Positions 39,201-48,388 of a stretch of DNA of 64,000 bases are shown here, in pieces. Each line of letters begins with the position of its first letter. The stretch's first letter is position 1. This DNA is from a virus, in IMG/VR virus record IMGVR_UViG_3300010413_000013, positions 12,010-76,009 of that record, one strand, 5' to 3'. Both the position numbers and the translations under genes were made by a program. Below the pieces are notes generated by a model. It saw only the letters and a list, made by a program, of their open reading frames with translations, made no database searches and was not told where the DNA came from.

Positions 39201-40489
39201 CAAAAACCACTATCAGTTCTAGCTTTCAGTTTGTCTAATTCAGTTACTACTTTTGATATTTCTTTTTCAATAGTAATTTTTCGTATGTTTTTTTCATAGT
39301 CTTCCATTGCTTTAGCTAACTCTTCAGTAGACATAGTAGCAGCTTCAAGCATGGTTAATTGTCCTTCATCTATTAGAAAGAGCACATCCCTATCAGTAAT
39401 TTTATACAAAGTTTCTATTGCTTTTAGAAATTGGTTTACATATCCCATTCTATCTAATACAGACTGTATAAAAGTTTCGCCTTTTTCTTCTGCATCTTCT
39501 TCAGCTTTACTTAAACCAAAAAGTCTAGTAATTATATTATCAAAAGCACCTACTACTCTTGCTGATATGGATACTATTCTAGTTAAGCCTACATATAATT
39601 CTCCAAAGGATTCTGCTATATTTGAAATCATACTTCTTAATGCAGTTCCTTTTACCATATCAGTAAGATCTTTTAATGCTTCTGTTGTACCCATAACAGC
39701 TTTAGAAAATCCTGCTAAAAAAGCTTTTCCAAATTCAGTTTTAAGATTTTCTATATACCTACGCATGGAAAGTAATTGCTTCCCTGCTTTAGTCATTGCT
39801 GCTTCATATGATCCTTGTATAGCTACTGCTTGTTCATATACAGCATTTAATTTTGCTTGCATCCTTTCATTATCATTTAATTCATCAGTAGTTTTATTCA
39901 TACTATCTGCTAGCTTTTGATATGACTGCTCAAAGCTAACATTTAAACCCATTGTCCGTAGTACTCTAATCTGTCCAGTTTGTAGACCATAAATTAATTG
40001 TTCATAAGCAGCAGAAGAATCCATGTTAGCAATTACTGCTGCATCTTGTGCTATCCTTGCAAGCTTGGTAGCATCAGTAAAATCTATTTGCGCTTGCATT
40101 GCTCTAATAGTATTTTGCCTTGCTTGCGTAGAAGTAATACCTAGCTTTTCTAGAGATTCTACTACTTCATACAATTCCTTTGAAGTGTGTCCTGCTGTTT
40201 GCCCCATTCGTTCCAGAACTACATCTAGCACCTCCTCCCTAGCAGCTAATAGAGTAGACTCCTTTATAAGATCAATTGCTTTTCTAAATGTGTGTATAGC
40301 AGTAGTAACCGCTGCTAATGCCAGTAGCCAATGTGACTTTAGCTTTGTAACCCATCCCATAGAAGACTTTGCGGTAGCACCAGTAGTAGCTTCTAGTTGA
40401 TTAACTGATCCTACAGCTTGTTTCATCCCTTTGACAAATTGGGTATTATCTACTCCTAATTTAGCTATCAGGTTTCCTATAGTAGCCAC
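36290..40489 (-). CDS. Tape measure protein
   Basis: 1399 aa helical; IGNLIAKLGVDNTQF N-terminus, Gly-rich hydrophobic segment; follows the chaperones. Confidence 0.92.
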   Translation of the reverse strand: MATIGNLIAKLGVDNTQFVKGMKQAVGSVNQLEATTGATAKSSMGWVTKLKSHWLLALAAVTTAIHTFRKAIDLIKESTLLAAREEVLDVVLERMGQTAGHTSKELYEVVESLEKLGITSTQARQNTIRAMQAQIDFTDATKLARIAQDAAVIANMDSSAAYEQLIYGLQTGQIRVLRTMGLNVSFEQSYQKLADSMNKTTDELNDNERMQAKLNAVYEQAVAIQGSYEAAMTKAGKQLLSMRRYIENLKTEFGKAFLAGFSKAVMGTTEALKDLTDMVKGTALRSMISNIAESFGELYVGLTRIVSISARVVGAFDNIITRLFGLSKAEEDAEEKGETFIQSVLDRMGYVNQFLKAIETLYKITDRDVLFLIDEGQLTMLEAATMSTEELAKAMEDYEKNIRKITIEKEISKVVTELDKLKARTDSGFWRWVFGVPIEEDEKRIGELQKKLSVLREQLKEAKPVKTMAESAEEVANTFNAVADGLENVAVQTQTLADIKFGDEAKGILLGGFFKEASLQTDRFSSSLDDLEDSLKGVGEEAEVAGKEISNIIKDLDSFELKIPTLSDIKFSTDLQKSVQEAFFPEAGFKDVEASFERTTEAMSEDIEVNVGMKYEETLENCDIANKIFLERVQNATADVYYDIFRGQLNTFEDFADRMLDYFIRTLAEMAAASSQMNIFQGLLGGLTGGITGGWASGGLLGAIGGGLKGLWTDIISFGGNLWSTGKNMLNGLGDLLGLSGKILDGFTGLGMGFGVGKIGQALGIFKEDSFADLGASIGGAIGSAILPGIGSFLGSLGGGLLGSLFGGGGKPNTTIGPFTENRTEKWGSDLLSGTVQWHKDRWAEDSWQVQGAEALHDIVNAAAEEVYQLADQTIAALPDEFGDMLKDKLAGSNIEFSTKGMKLDLQGDLDAQATQWAEMVQKDMIAVFNSAYEQVRRVFVTTNVNEMVRSTGIKGRSLGYVDASNLIAAAGGFDELAASVDNFVNVFLTDTQRFSLQSTEIHHAFNDLGLALPRTREEFVKLIKTLDLTSNAGRQTYTSLLGMISSLDSYYGYIEQQEAARKAEAEARAREAQLRAEQARRAAELAQAEAARAAEAARINFKNIQSTYEDITKYTRNLGRVQNEEEAAFSSMTDTFDNAIERLKELGAASSLIATVDLQRTTAANKLTALYAQKRRNVFTDVVYYMKSLLGDSTALESAIEGVENQFDSFIETMKELGGSTQELNNIRAREPEAIRRVIEAYSDTLSEGFLDTMADIGKGFQDFKDRLSTSDLAPVQTTQNIRGIFERMLSTTQNAEGLDKLYSYFENSYLPFMKQFAADEAQYKDIYQAGLDAIKQVQVEVGSIDDNQDLAERIVAEMRRDGIPVQMVDGEYRVIVQLDSKVIADAIASQKETNPNL

Positions 40490-40491
40490 TG

Positions 40492-40890
40492 CTATTTACG
40501 CCTCACTCTTTTTATTCTCTTCTGTTTATTCTTATGGCTTTCATTTACATCCTTGGCAAATGCTTTAAGTGCTTCTCTAGCTTTTGCCATGCTCTCTTCC
40601 GGTACTTCAAAAAATTGTTTTTCTAATTCTTCTAAGTCCGGTAAATAATCTTCTACCTTATATACTTTGTTTGATCCTTTCTTTTGTGGAGTAGTATTAA
40701 GAATTGTACACACTATCATAATTGTTCTTCTTAATTCTTCTCTAGGACCAAAAGGTTCGAGTAGATGAAATGCTTTCCAATACTTTAATTCTTTAGCAGA
40801 CATTCTAGAAAGCATTTCATCTACTGTCATCCCTAAATGCCCGGCCAGTCGATGGTAGAATATTCGTTCTGGTCGGAGTATCAGTTTCCC
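40492..40890 (-). CDS. Tail assembly chaperone, frameshift extension (gpGT-like)
   Basis: The -1 frame from GGGAAAC is open into the 40492-40830 ORF. Confidence 0.8.
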   Translation of the reverse strand, partial: GKLILRPERIFYHRLAGHLGMTVDEMLSRMSAKELKYWKAFHLLEPFGPREELRRTIMIVCTILNTTPQKKGSNKVYKVEDYLPDLEELEKQFFEVPEESMAKAREALKAFAKDVNESHKNKQKRIKRVRRK

Positions 40891-41291
40891 ACTAGTTCTT
40901 CTACATCATCATCAGTCATACCAGAAAGTCTTTGTGCTACCTCAAATACTCTATTGATAGCTTTACCAGACTTCTCTCCTAGTTTCTCTATATCTTCTCC
41001 TTTAAAAATCCTTTTCCCATTTTCATTTCTAATACACCTTGCACAAAGCCTAGCTCTTAGATTTGCGAGATTCCTTTTAGTATTTCTACCTTTACCAGTA
41101 GTAATCATAGTTTCCTCAAAGGCATCACGTTCCTTTGCTGTTAAACCATATACCCAAACACTTCCTCCCCACTCTGGAACTTCTACTAATTCACTCACTA
41201 CATCTTGTACATTAAATATTTCATCTTTGGTTAAAATCTTAACCTTTGCTTCTACTATTTCTACTTCTTCCGTTTTTTTCTCGTCTTCCAT
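40881..41291 (-). CDS. Tail assembly chaperone (gpG-like)
   Basis: VEVPEWGGSV..GLTAKERD; lies between tail tube and TMP. Confidence 0.85.
   Translation of the reverse strand: MEDEKKTEEVEIVEAKVKILTKDEIFNVQDVVSELVEVPEWGGSVWVYGLTAKERDAFEETMITTGKGRNTKRNLANLRARLCARCIRNENGKRIFKGEDIEKLGEKSGKAINRVFEVAQRLSGMTDDDVEELVGN
40884..40890 (-). other. Programmed -1 frameshift slippery site G GGA AAC
   Basis: XXXYYYZ heptamer directly before the chaperone stop codon. Confidence 0.85.
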
Positions 41292-41338
41292 GTTTTTCTC
41301 CTTTTTAAGAAATGCCGTTTGTTTTCATTAAATTGTTA

Positions 41339-41761
41339 TTATGAACTTACACTGATTGCACCGGAAACTTTTAACGTAACATTAATAGTAATCTTATCAT
41401 CCAAAGGAACATCCAACGGTAGATCAGTAACATAAGCAGCAAATTCCAAAGTAGTAGCAGCAGAATCAGGTAAGACAATTTGATAATTTACAGAAGTATC
41501 TGTATCAAAATCATCCTTCATGTCTTCATAACCTTGGTGTGTAAAGTTCATTACTAGTGATACTTCACCGGGATCTCTGAAAGCACTGATAAATTCCCGA
41601 TAACCTCCAGCAGAATCTAGGGAAGTAACATCAATGAAAGCTCTTGACATACTAGGACCAGAAATACTATTTACTTCTGCTACTGCCGTAAAGCTTTCAT
41701 TACTTGTTCCATCACCTCTTTTAAATGATGCACCGACACCACTAATTGCATTTGTAGTCAT
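41339..41761 (-). CDS. Major tail tube protein
   Basis: IDVTSLDS..YREFI...DPGEVS, LKVSG. Confidence 0.88.
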   Translation of the reverse strand: MTTNAISGVGASFKRGDGTSNESFTAVAEVNSISGPSMSRAFIDVTSLDSAGGYREFISAFRDPGEVSLVMNFTHQGYEDMKDDFDTDTSVNYQIVLPDSAATTLEFAAYVTDLPLDVPLDDKITINVTLKVSGAISVSS

Positions 41762-41783
41762 AACTTAAAAACAAGCCTCCTTT

Positions 41784-42176
41784 TTACTCTGTTCTATTTA
41801 TCTCAAAATTAATACTCCACTTATATCTACCTCTATCATCCTGACCTAGATTGATAGGTTCAGAAACTTGAAAAACAGATATATATCTAGTACCTCCTAT
41901 AGTTACATTATGCTTTCCATGTAGAGCAGTAGTAATACTTCTACATAGTGCATAAGATTCTTCATATTGGTTAATCTTCCCTCTAACTTCTATCATCACT
42001 CTAGGAAATTCATCTACTCTACTTGCATCTGGAAATGGTCTACCTCCACCAGAATCATATATGCATATACATTCATCCGGCACATCTGGCATAGATCCTA
42101 TAAATAGATCTGTACCAAAAGTAAATAAACCAGAAGTATCTAACCAATTCAATAAATCTTTTGATGCTGGATTCAT
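41784..42176 (-). CDS. Tail terminator-like protein
   Basis: DLFIGSMPD.PD..ICIYDSGG; synteny. Confidence 0.7.
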   Translation of the reverse strand: MNPASKDLLNWLDTSGLFTFGTDLFIGSMPDVPDECICIYDSGGGRPFPDASRVDEFPRVMIEVRGKINQYEESYALCRSITTALHGKHNVTIGGTRYISVFQVSEPINLGQDDRGRYKWSINFEINRTE

Positions 42177-42757
42177 TTTATTTCAGCTTTCTTTTTTATA
42201 GTGTCTAGTATCTTTTTCTTATGCTTCACTAAAGGTTCTTCTAAAAACTTCCACCTACCGGCTTTTCTTGTACTATAAACCTTTCTTTTACTTCCCTTCT
42301 CGGGTTTATATATCTTTCCTGTAGGACTTTGCCCTCCTGTCTTACCAGCTCTAGGATTCTCATGTACAAAAGCAGCATAAGAAGCAGAAAAACCTATTAC
42401 AGACATTAGTATAGAAGAATTTCCAACAATTTGTTTTGACTCTTGTACAGCAGCATTATGATCTACTCTAGCTTTTTCTGCTTGTTGGCTTGTACCATGA
42501 AAATTATTTGGTATTCCTCCTTCTGCTACTATTGCTTTTTCCATCCAACCACTAGGAGCAGGACCAATAACATATGCACTATTCTGCAAATTACCAGTTA
42601 CTACTGGACAAATCTGCACTGCTTCTCCTTTAATATAAAGAGCAGCACTAATTAAACCAGAAGCCGTTCTATTATTGATCTTCTTAATCTCACTATTAAT
42701 ATTCTTAATAGTTTCTTCTATTCCCTTCCACTCTATTATTTTTGTTTGCTGTACCAT
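42173..42757 (-). CDS. HK97 gp10-like neck protein
   Basis: PVVTGNLQNS, YAAFVHE, KFLE. Confidence 0.75.
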   Translation of the reverse strand: MVQQTKIIEWKGIEETIKNINSEIKKINNRTASGLISAALYIKGEAVQICPVVTGNLQNSAYVIGPAPSGWMEKAIVAEGGIPNNFHGTSQQAEKARVDHNAAVQESKQIVGNSSILMSVIGFSASYAAFVHENPRAGKTGGQSPTGKIYKPEKGSKRKVYSTRKAGRWKFLEEPLVKHKKKILDTIKKKAEIK

Positions 42758-42761
42758 TCTA

Positions 42762-43121
42762 CTACTCCAAATAATAGAACTTTATAAAATCAGATCCTAA
42801 TAGATCTGGTATCTTTCCTGTTCCTATTATCTTTCTAGATGCTGCTACATCTCTAGGACCAGCAGTAGAAGATGATAAATCATCTAAATCTCCTAAGAAC
42901 AGGAAACCATCTATTGCCAAGGTAGAGTTAGTAAAAACTTTAGCAGTAGACATTTTCTCTTCTCCATCTAAACCTATCAACAACTTTTCTTTATCTTCCC
43001 ATCTACAATCAATCTCTACTGGTGCATCATATGTTTCACCATACCCACTATTAGTAGAAGTCGCCCAATAGACCGCTGTCTGTTTATACTTCCTCTTCAT
43101 CCTATTAATTAAAGCACTCAA
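42762..43121 (-). CDS. Head closure protein
   Basis: QTAVYW..PVEIDCRWED; synteny. Confidence 0.65.
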   Translation of the reverse strand: MSALINRMKRKYKQTAVYWATSTNSGYGETYDAPVEIDCRWEDKEKLLIGLDGEEKMSTAKVFTNSTLAIDGFLFLGDLDDLSSSTAGPRDVAASRKIIGTGKIPDLLGSDFIKFYYLE

Positions 43122-43480
43122 TTTATCACCTCAAAGGAACAAGTCTTCTTTCCTGTTTGTGCTAATATACCAGAAGTATCTAGTAGTAATACTTGCTGCC
43201 CATACATAGTACCCTCCAAACCTTTCCACGTTTGCCCACTATAGGTAGCTTGTGCATCTCCTATCTTCTCTGATACTGCTTCCCTTGCCAATGGAGTACA
43301 TGATACTAGATGTGCTGCATACCATCTAGCAATATTCTTCAATCTTTCGGCAGCATGTATTCCAGTTAGTTTCTCTGTTACTATTGAATTTGCTACTTCA
43401 CAAAATGGATCTAATTGTGCAGAAGTCAAATCTGTATCCATTATCTCCAATACATCAGCACCAGTTACATAATTTGTCAT
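43118..43480 (-). CDS. Head-tail adaptor
   Basis: WYAAHL, SEKIGDA, TMYGQQ..LD. Confidence 0.7.
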   Translation of the reverse strand: MTNYVTGADVLEIMDTDLTSAQLDPFCEVANSIVTEKLTGIHAAERLKNIARWYAAHLVSCTPLAREAVSEKIGDAQATYSGQTWKGLEGTMYGQQVLLLDTSGILAQTGKKTCSFEVIN

Positions 43481-44181
43481 TTTACTCCTCCTTCTTCTTT
43501 ATAATGCCAGAGTTTAGGAGATACAAAATCTTCTATTTCTTCTTTGTGGTATTCCAAGTCTAAATGTTTTATCATTTCTTCTGTTCCAGTAAAGTCACCA
43601 TTGATAGCTTTAAATGGCCAATACTCTATTAGATCTATACTTAACATCTTCATTTCTGCAAATCTCTTCTTGTGTTCATTTATCCAAACCATCCAACCAT
43701 TTCTTTTATTGAATGCTCTCATAAAAGAAGTCTTTAAACAAGAAGAACAAATATCATAGTCATCTCTTCTAACCAAAACCCATTTTGCTTCTGGAAACAT
43801 TCTAACCCATATAGGATAGATCAAACAAAGCTTTGCTCCTTTAAAGAACCACACCGATTTACCATCATACCCTTGTCTATATAAAATATCCATTACTTCT
43901 TTCTTGTGTCTATTACATATCTCCATACTACCATTTGCATCCCAAGTAACTCTATCAATAGGAGGTAATGGATTCTGCCCCATTGGATCTACTGCTATAC
44001 TTTTTAAATATGGTTTAATTACTTTATTTCGGATAGCAGTATTTTCATATTGTCCTTTCTGATTATTGGGAGTGCTACCAACTACTTCTCCTCCCCATGC
44101 TCCGCATCTACTTATTATCCCTGCGGTAAGAGAAGTTCCACTTCTAGCACATCCAGTTATTAGTATAGGTTTATCTTTCAT
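43477..44181 (-). CDS. Sulfotransferase-family protein
   Basis: ILITGCARSGTSL, FPEAKWVLVRRD...SS. Confidence 0.75.
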   Translation of the reverse strand: MKDKPILITGCARSGTSLTAGIISRCGAWGGEVVGSTPNNQKGQYENTAIRNKVIKPYLKSIAVDPMGQNPLPPIDRVTWDANGSMEICNRHKKEVMDILYRQGYDGKSVWFFKGAKLCLIYPIWVRMFPEAKWVLVRRDDYDICSSCLKTSFMRAFNKRNGWMVWINEHKKRFAEMKMLSIDLIEYWPFKAINGDFTGTEEMIKHLDLEYHKEEIEDFVSPKLWHYKEEGGVK

Positions 44182-44912
44182 TAGAAGTCACCATTCCATT
44201 CTTTTCTAAATACTGCTGGATTCCCTGCATAAACGCCCGGTTCATCTATATTCTTAACTACTACAGATCCCATACCTATAAATACTTTACTACAGATATG
44301 AATACCATTTCTAATAGTAGAATTTAATCCTATAAAACAATCATTTCCTATTAATGCAGATCCACCTATTACTGTTCCATCAGTAATAATATTTCTGTTT
44401 CCTATTCTTACATTATGTCCTATATGCACACCACAACCTATTTTAGTTTGACTTCCTATTACTGTATAATCCAAAGTAGCCCTAGCAATAGTAGAGTTTG
44501 CTCCTACTACTACTCCCTTTTTCAAAACAACACTTCCCATGTGTTTTAAACCCACTAATTCATTTTTACTGCTCTTTGGTTTATACACTGCATATCGCAT
44601 TCCTTCATTACCAATAGATGCTGTAGGATGGATATATTCTGCATCAATCATATCTGCTCTATGATCCTTGTCTCTATTTACTTCATTGTGATAACGAATA
44701 AAATCTGCTATATAGTTTTCTCTAGGAAGTAGTAGACAAGCTTCTTCCTGTACCTCCTCCTTCCTAAGAGTTAATGGAATAAGAATTGCTACTTCACAAC
44801 AGTAGGCTTTTGCAATATTGATTTGTGCTTCAGTTTTAGCATAAGTCATAGCATAGTCTACTAACAAATTAACAGAACAGGTTCTATAGTATTTCTTCAT
44901 CAGATCTAACAT
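44181..44912 (-). CDS. Left-handed beta-helix acyltransferase (LpxD-like C-terminal part)
   Basis: Hexapeptide repeats, GANSTIARAT, HIGHNVRIG, YAGNPA. Confidence 0.8.
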   Translation of the reverse strand: MLDLMKKYYRTCSVNLLVDYAMTYAKTEAQINIAKAYCCEVAILIPLTLRKEEVQEEACLLLPRENYIADFIRYHNEVNRDKDHRADMIDAEYIHPTASIGNEGMRYAVYKPKSSKNELVGLKHMGSVVLKKGVVVGANSTIARATLDYTVIGSQTKIGCGVHIGHNVRIGNRNIITDGTVIGGSALIGNDCFIGLNSTIRNGIHICSKVFIGMGSVVVKNIDEPGVYAGNPAVFRKEWNGDF

Positions 44913-45621
44913 CTTCCTGCTCCTTTGCCATTATCTCAAAAGGATGTGGTGGTTCTTCTGTTTCTCTGTAGATCTTCTGTACCCAACCTACTCCACATTC
45001 TTTAATTCTAGGTTTACCATGAAACAGTATTACTCTAGCATCTTTTGGTTTTCTTCCAAACTTGCAATGATGTTTAAAACTATAGTACCCATCAAAAACA
45101 CTTTGTACTGTTTTTATTTTAAATCGTCTTTCTTCTAGTTTATTATAAGTATATCTCTGCTCCATCTTATATTTAAAATCTTCTTCTTTAAACATCTTGA
45201 ATAACCAAGTCCAATTACCATTCCAAATCTGTAAACCAGAACAAAACTTCTCTCCTCTATTCTTTGCTAGTGCTTGTGGTTCAGCCATATAGAAAACATC
45301 TTCTGGACAAGTTAAAGCAATCTCTCCCAATCTATCTATATTATCTACTACCAACATATCAAGACCAGAAGCAATTGTTGGTCCCTTTGTTCGGAACATT
45401 TCTATCATGCTCCACCAGCCGGGAAGATTTTTCTGTAATTTAATTGTTTCCATGTATGGGTAGTCAATTTCTAAATCAGTATAACAAATAAATCTATGTG
45501 GTATTAATAAATGCTTCTTCACTTGTCTACAAAGTGTAATAGCATCAAACTCTTCAAAATCTCCACCAGATTTAAGTGTTACTACAAAGTTTACTATTTG
45601 TTTTTCAGCTAGATTTGCCAT
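44884..45621 (-). CDS. GT-A glycosyltransferase-like protein
   Basis: LKSGGDF, RFICYTD, GWWSMIEMF, ILFHGKPR; DxD appears degenerate (GLD). Confidence 0.6.
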   Translation of the reverse strand: MANLAEKQIVNFVVTLKSGGDFEEFDAITLCRQVKKHLLIPHRFICYTDLEIDYPYMETIKLQKNLPGWWSMIEMFRTKGPTIASGLDMLVVDNIDRLGEIALTCPEDVFYMAEPQALAKNRGEKFCSGLQIWNGNWTWLFKMFKEEDFKYKMEQRYTYNKLEERRFKIKTVQSVFDGYYSFKHHCKFGRKPKDARVILFHGKPRIKECGVGWVQKIYRETEEPPHPFEIMAKEQEDVRSDEEIL

Positions 45622-46144
45622 TTTTGTCTAACCTTTCGTTTGATGGAATTTCTTCCATAAATTTAGCTGGATTACCAACATATACTCCATAGTCATTACA
45701 CTTGCCTACTACTACTGCTCCTGCTCCTATAAATGTTTCTCTGCCAACAACACATCCCGGTAGTAGTAAAGCACCCATTCCAATTCTTGCTCCATACATT
45801 ACTGTAGGAGGAGTAGGATTAAATGGTGCGGTTTCTCTTCTCAAATGTACCATTCGTTTATCATTACCAGAAACTACCATCTGTCCTATAAATACTTTAT
45901 CTCCTATATTCATTCCCTTTGTTATGTTGCATTGTGCTTGAATGAAACAATCTTCTCCTATTGTCAACCATCCTTCTATTACTGTATTATGCCCTATCTT
46001 CGTTCTCTTCCCTACTATTGTTTCTGGTCTAAGTACACAATTATGACCTATAAAAACACCATCCCCAATAATACAACCATCCTCTATTACTGTATTATGT
46101 CCTATTACTACATTCATTCCTATCTTTACATTTTTACCTATCAT
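45605..46144 (-). CDS. Hexapeptide-repeat N/O-acetyltransferase
   Basis: IG.N..IG repeats, IGAGAVV, YVGNPAK. Confidence 0.85.
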   Translation of the reverse strand: MIGKNVKIGMNVVIGHNTVIEDGCIIGDGVFIGHNCVLRPETIVGKRTKIGHNTVIEGWLTIGEDCFIQAQCNITKGMNIGDKVFIGQMVVSGNDKRMVHLRRETAPFNPTPPTVMYGARIGMGALLLPGCVVGRETFIGAGAVVVGKCNDYGVYVGNPAKFMEEIPSNERLDKNGKSS

Positions 46145-46779
46145 AACGTATCTTCCAATCTAACCCTAGGAACTATTAATGGATCTATTGCTGTTTCTTC
46201 TGAAGCATTTACAATCTCTACTTTCAATGCTTTCAAATCTTCTACTATTGTATGCATACATGGTAAATATCTACTTTTATATGCGTGTGGAACAGGAGGA
46301 CTTTTATGATAGTTATGCCAGTTAAAAGTTACTACTCCTTTATGATCTTTCTTCCCCTGCATATCAAAACCTAGTAGTACTATCTTCTTTGCTCCAAAGT
46401 GGTAGGCAACATTTATTGCTGACATTCCACTATTCCCATTCCATGATATAAAACCCGGTTTTGTTTCTACTCCTTTTGGTTTCCCCCTCTTCCATATCTT
46501 TACTACATATAAATGATATAGACGTTGGCAAGAAGTCATCCGTAATCCGGGATATTTTAAAAACTCTTCTCTATTCCATCCCCACCATTTACAATCTCCA
46601 AAGTAACAAGCATCTACCCAAGTACCAAGTTTAAATGCATCATTTACACCTAATACTCTTCTATCATGTATTAGGTGTAGTGGAGATTGTTTTAAGCTAG
46701 GTCCACCACCTATTACATAGACTGTTTCTCCCTCCCATATTTTAGGAGGGAGAAATCTCCTTTTCTTATCGACATTCAT
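46141..46779 (-). CDS. Maf/DUF115-like (sialyltransferase-fold) glycosyltransferase
   Basis: VIGGGPSL, GVND, NSGMSAIN.A...GAKKIVLLGFDM. Confidence 0.65.
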   Translation of the reverse strand: MNVDKKRRFLPPKIWEGETVYVIGGGPSLKQSPLHLIHDRRVLGVNDAFKLGTWVDACYFGDCKWWGWNREEFLKYPGLRMTSCQRLYHLYVVKIWKRGKPKGVETKPGFISWNGNSGMSAINVAYHFGAKKIVLLGFDMQGKKDHKGVVTFNWHNYHKSPPVPHAYKSRYLPCMHTIVEDLKALKVEIVNASEETAIDPLIVPRVRLEDTL

Positions 46780-47267
46780 TATTCTATCTTTTGCCTACGT
46801 TTTTTACTCTCAGCACCGCTTGCAATTTTTTCTTCTTGTTCTTCCTCTTCTTTTTCTTCTTCATCCTTGCCCCCTACTTCTACTGTTGGTTTTTCTGGTG
46901 CTCCCATATTTATAAGTTCATCAGCTTCTTTACTACTAAGAAGCCGATTATTTAATTTTTCTCCTGTATCCTCATTAACTACATCAAATCTATTAGAACC
47001 CCTACTTATCTTCCTTAATGCAGCAGCATCTTTTGTTTCTTCTACTTCTACTTCTTGTCTTACTATCTCATGGTCAACCAACACACCACCAGAAATTACT
47101 TCTAATTTAAACTCCCAACCCTGTACATTCCTACTATCTGGAAAATCATTGAATGTTTCACCGGGGTAGATCTTTGCTCTTACTGCTTTTGATGTACCTT
47201 CACCAGCTATTATAATCTGGTGTGGTCCATATCCCTTCTTTACTCTATAAGTTCTTTTGTTAGCCAT
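46779..47267 (-). CDS. Hypothetical protein after major capsid gene
   Basis: AAGGAG RBS before MANKRT. Confidence 0.6.
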   Translation of the reverse strand: MANKRTYRVKKGYGPHQIIIAGEGTSKAVRAKIYPGETFNDFPDSRNVQGWEFKLEVISGGVLVDHEIVRQEVEVEETKDAAALRKISRGSNRFDVVNEDTGEKLNNRLLSSKEADELINMGAPEKPTVEVGGKDEEEKEEEEQEEKIASGAESKKRRQKIE

Positions 47268-47283
47268 TTTTTTCTCCTTTTTA

Positions 47284-47311
47284 AAGTACTCCCCCAATTG
47301 GGGGAGTACTT
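47284..47311 (-). terminator. Hairpin after the major capsid gene
   Basis: Perfect palindrome AAGTACTCCCCC-AATT-GGGGGAGTACTT. Confidence 0.65.
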
Positions 47312-47321
47312 AGTTTAAACA

Positions 47322-48356
47322 TTAGTGATATACAACAATACCACATCTAGCATTCTGATCTGCTCTCGGCTGCGGAAGCATAATAGTCATTACCATAAAA
47401 TGCTGGCTCAAACCACCTCTGCTCTCCCACTGAAGAGTAGTCATAGGAAGACCAACTACCATTCTCATAACATCCTGCGTCAACTGCAACATAACAACAT
47501 AATCGGCAGTAAGTTTATCTGCTACCGTAATAAACTGAATACCATCTACTTCCATAAGTCTCTGCCGAATAGTCTTATCAGAAGCAGCTTTAAAATCAGC
47601 ATCAATAGCAGTTTCATAGTTAGTAGGAATGAAGATACCATACGGTCCATAATGGTAGGCATCTATCAAAGCCTGTTTCATAGCCAGTACATCAGCAAGC
47701 ATTGTTTCACCAGTAGCAGCAGAATCATCCCAATCAGCAGTAAGAGATCCAGTATTGGCATTCGTAAAATCCTTAATACCATAAAGTACTCCACCACCAA
47801 AAGTAAAGTTAGAAGAACCATTACAAGTAAGTTCTTCCACCATCTCTGCTACTTTTCTTCCTGCCATTTCAGCACTGGTAGTATCCAACGGTTCACCCAA
47901 TGTTCTAGACGCTTCCAACTGCCGAATATTTACTCTAAACTCCTTGTAAATAATCGGGAGAGGCATATACTTCGTGCTCCAGACCGGACGATCTTCTACC
48001 GCAGTGGGCAGTGGGTCCATTCCAAGAGAAGCATCATTAAATTCATTGAGATCTTCATACTGCAATACGGTCTTTCCTAGGCCATTGGGAATACTGTACA
48101 CCAGACCTTTAGAAATAAAAGTATTTGCACACACTAGCCTATTCCTAGCAGCTTTCAAAACGGCATCGTCAAACTGCTTCCATTCATCTCTACGAAGAGT
48201 AGCATTTGCTACAGGAACAACTACTCCATTCTGATTCATCATGTAGCATCTACCATCATTTTCTCTCCATGTACGCAATGCACCAATATTGAAATTAGTA
48301 GCCATAAGCCGTTCTGCTACTGATCCTGTGGCTTGTCCATTAAGAATATAATCCAT
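47322..48356 (-). CDS. Major capsid protein (HK97 fold, linocin/encapsulin-like)
   Basis: LRRDEWKQFDDAV, PLPII.KEF....RQLEASR..GEPLDT; synteny. Confidence 0.85.
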   Translation of the reverse strand: MDYILNGQATGSVAERLMATNFNIGALRTWRENDGRCYMMNQNGVVVPVANATLRRDEWKQFDDAVLKAARNRLVCANTFISKGLVYSIPNGLGKTVLQYEDLNEFNDASLGMDPLPTAVEDRPVWSTKYMPLPIIYKEFRVNIRQLEASRTLGEPLDTTSAEMAGRKVAEMVEELTCNGSSNFTFGGGVLYGIKDFTNANTGSLTADWDDSAATGETMLADVLAMKQALIDAYHYGPYGIFIPTNYETAIDADFKAASDKTIRQRLMEVDGIQFITVADKLTADYVVMLQLTQDVMRMVVGLPMTTLQWESRGGLSQHFMVMTIMLPQPRADQNARCGIVVYH

Positions 48357-48388
48357 TATCCAAATTGCCTCCTTTAATTTTTATTTAA

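Noticed and set aside
47322-48356. Encapsulin/bacteriocin interpretation of the linocin-like protein
   Set aside because: It sits in a complete head-neck-tail operon, so it is the major capsid protein.
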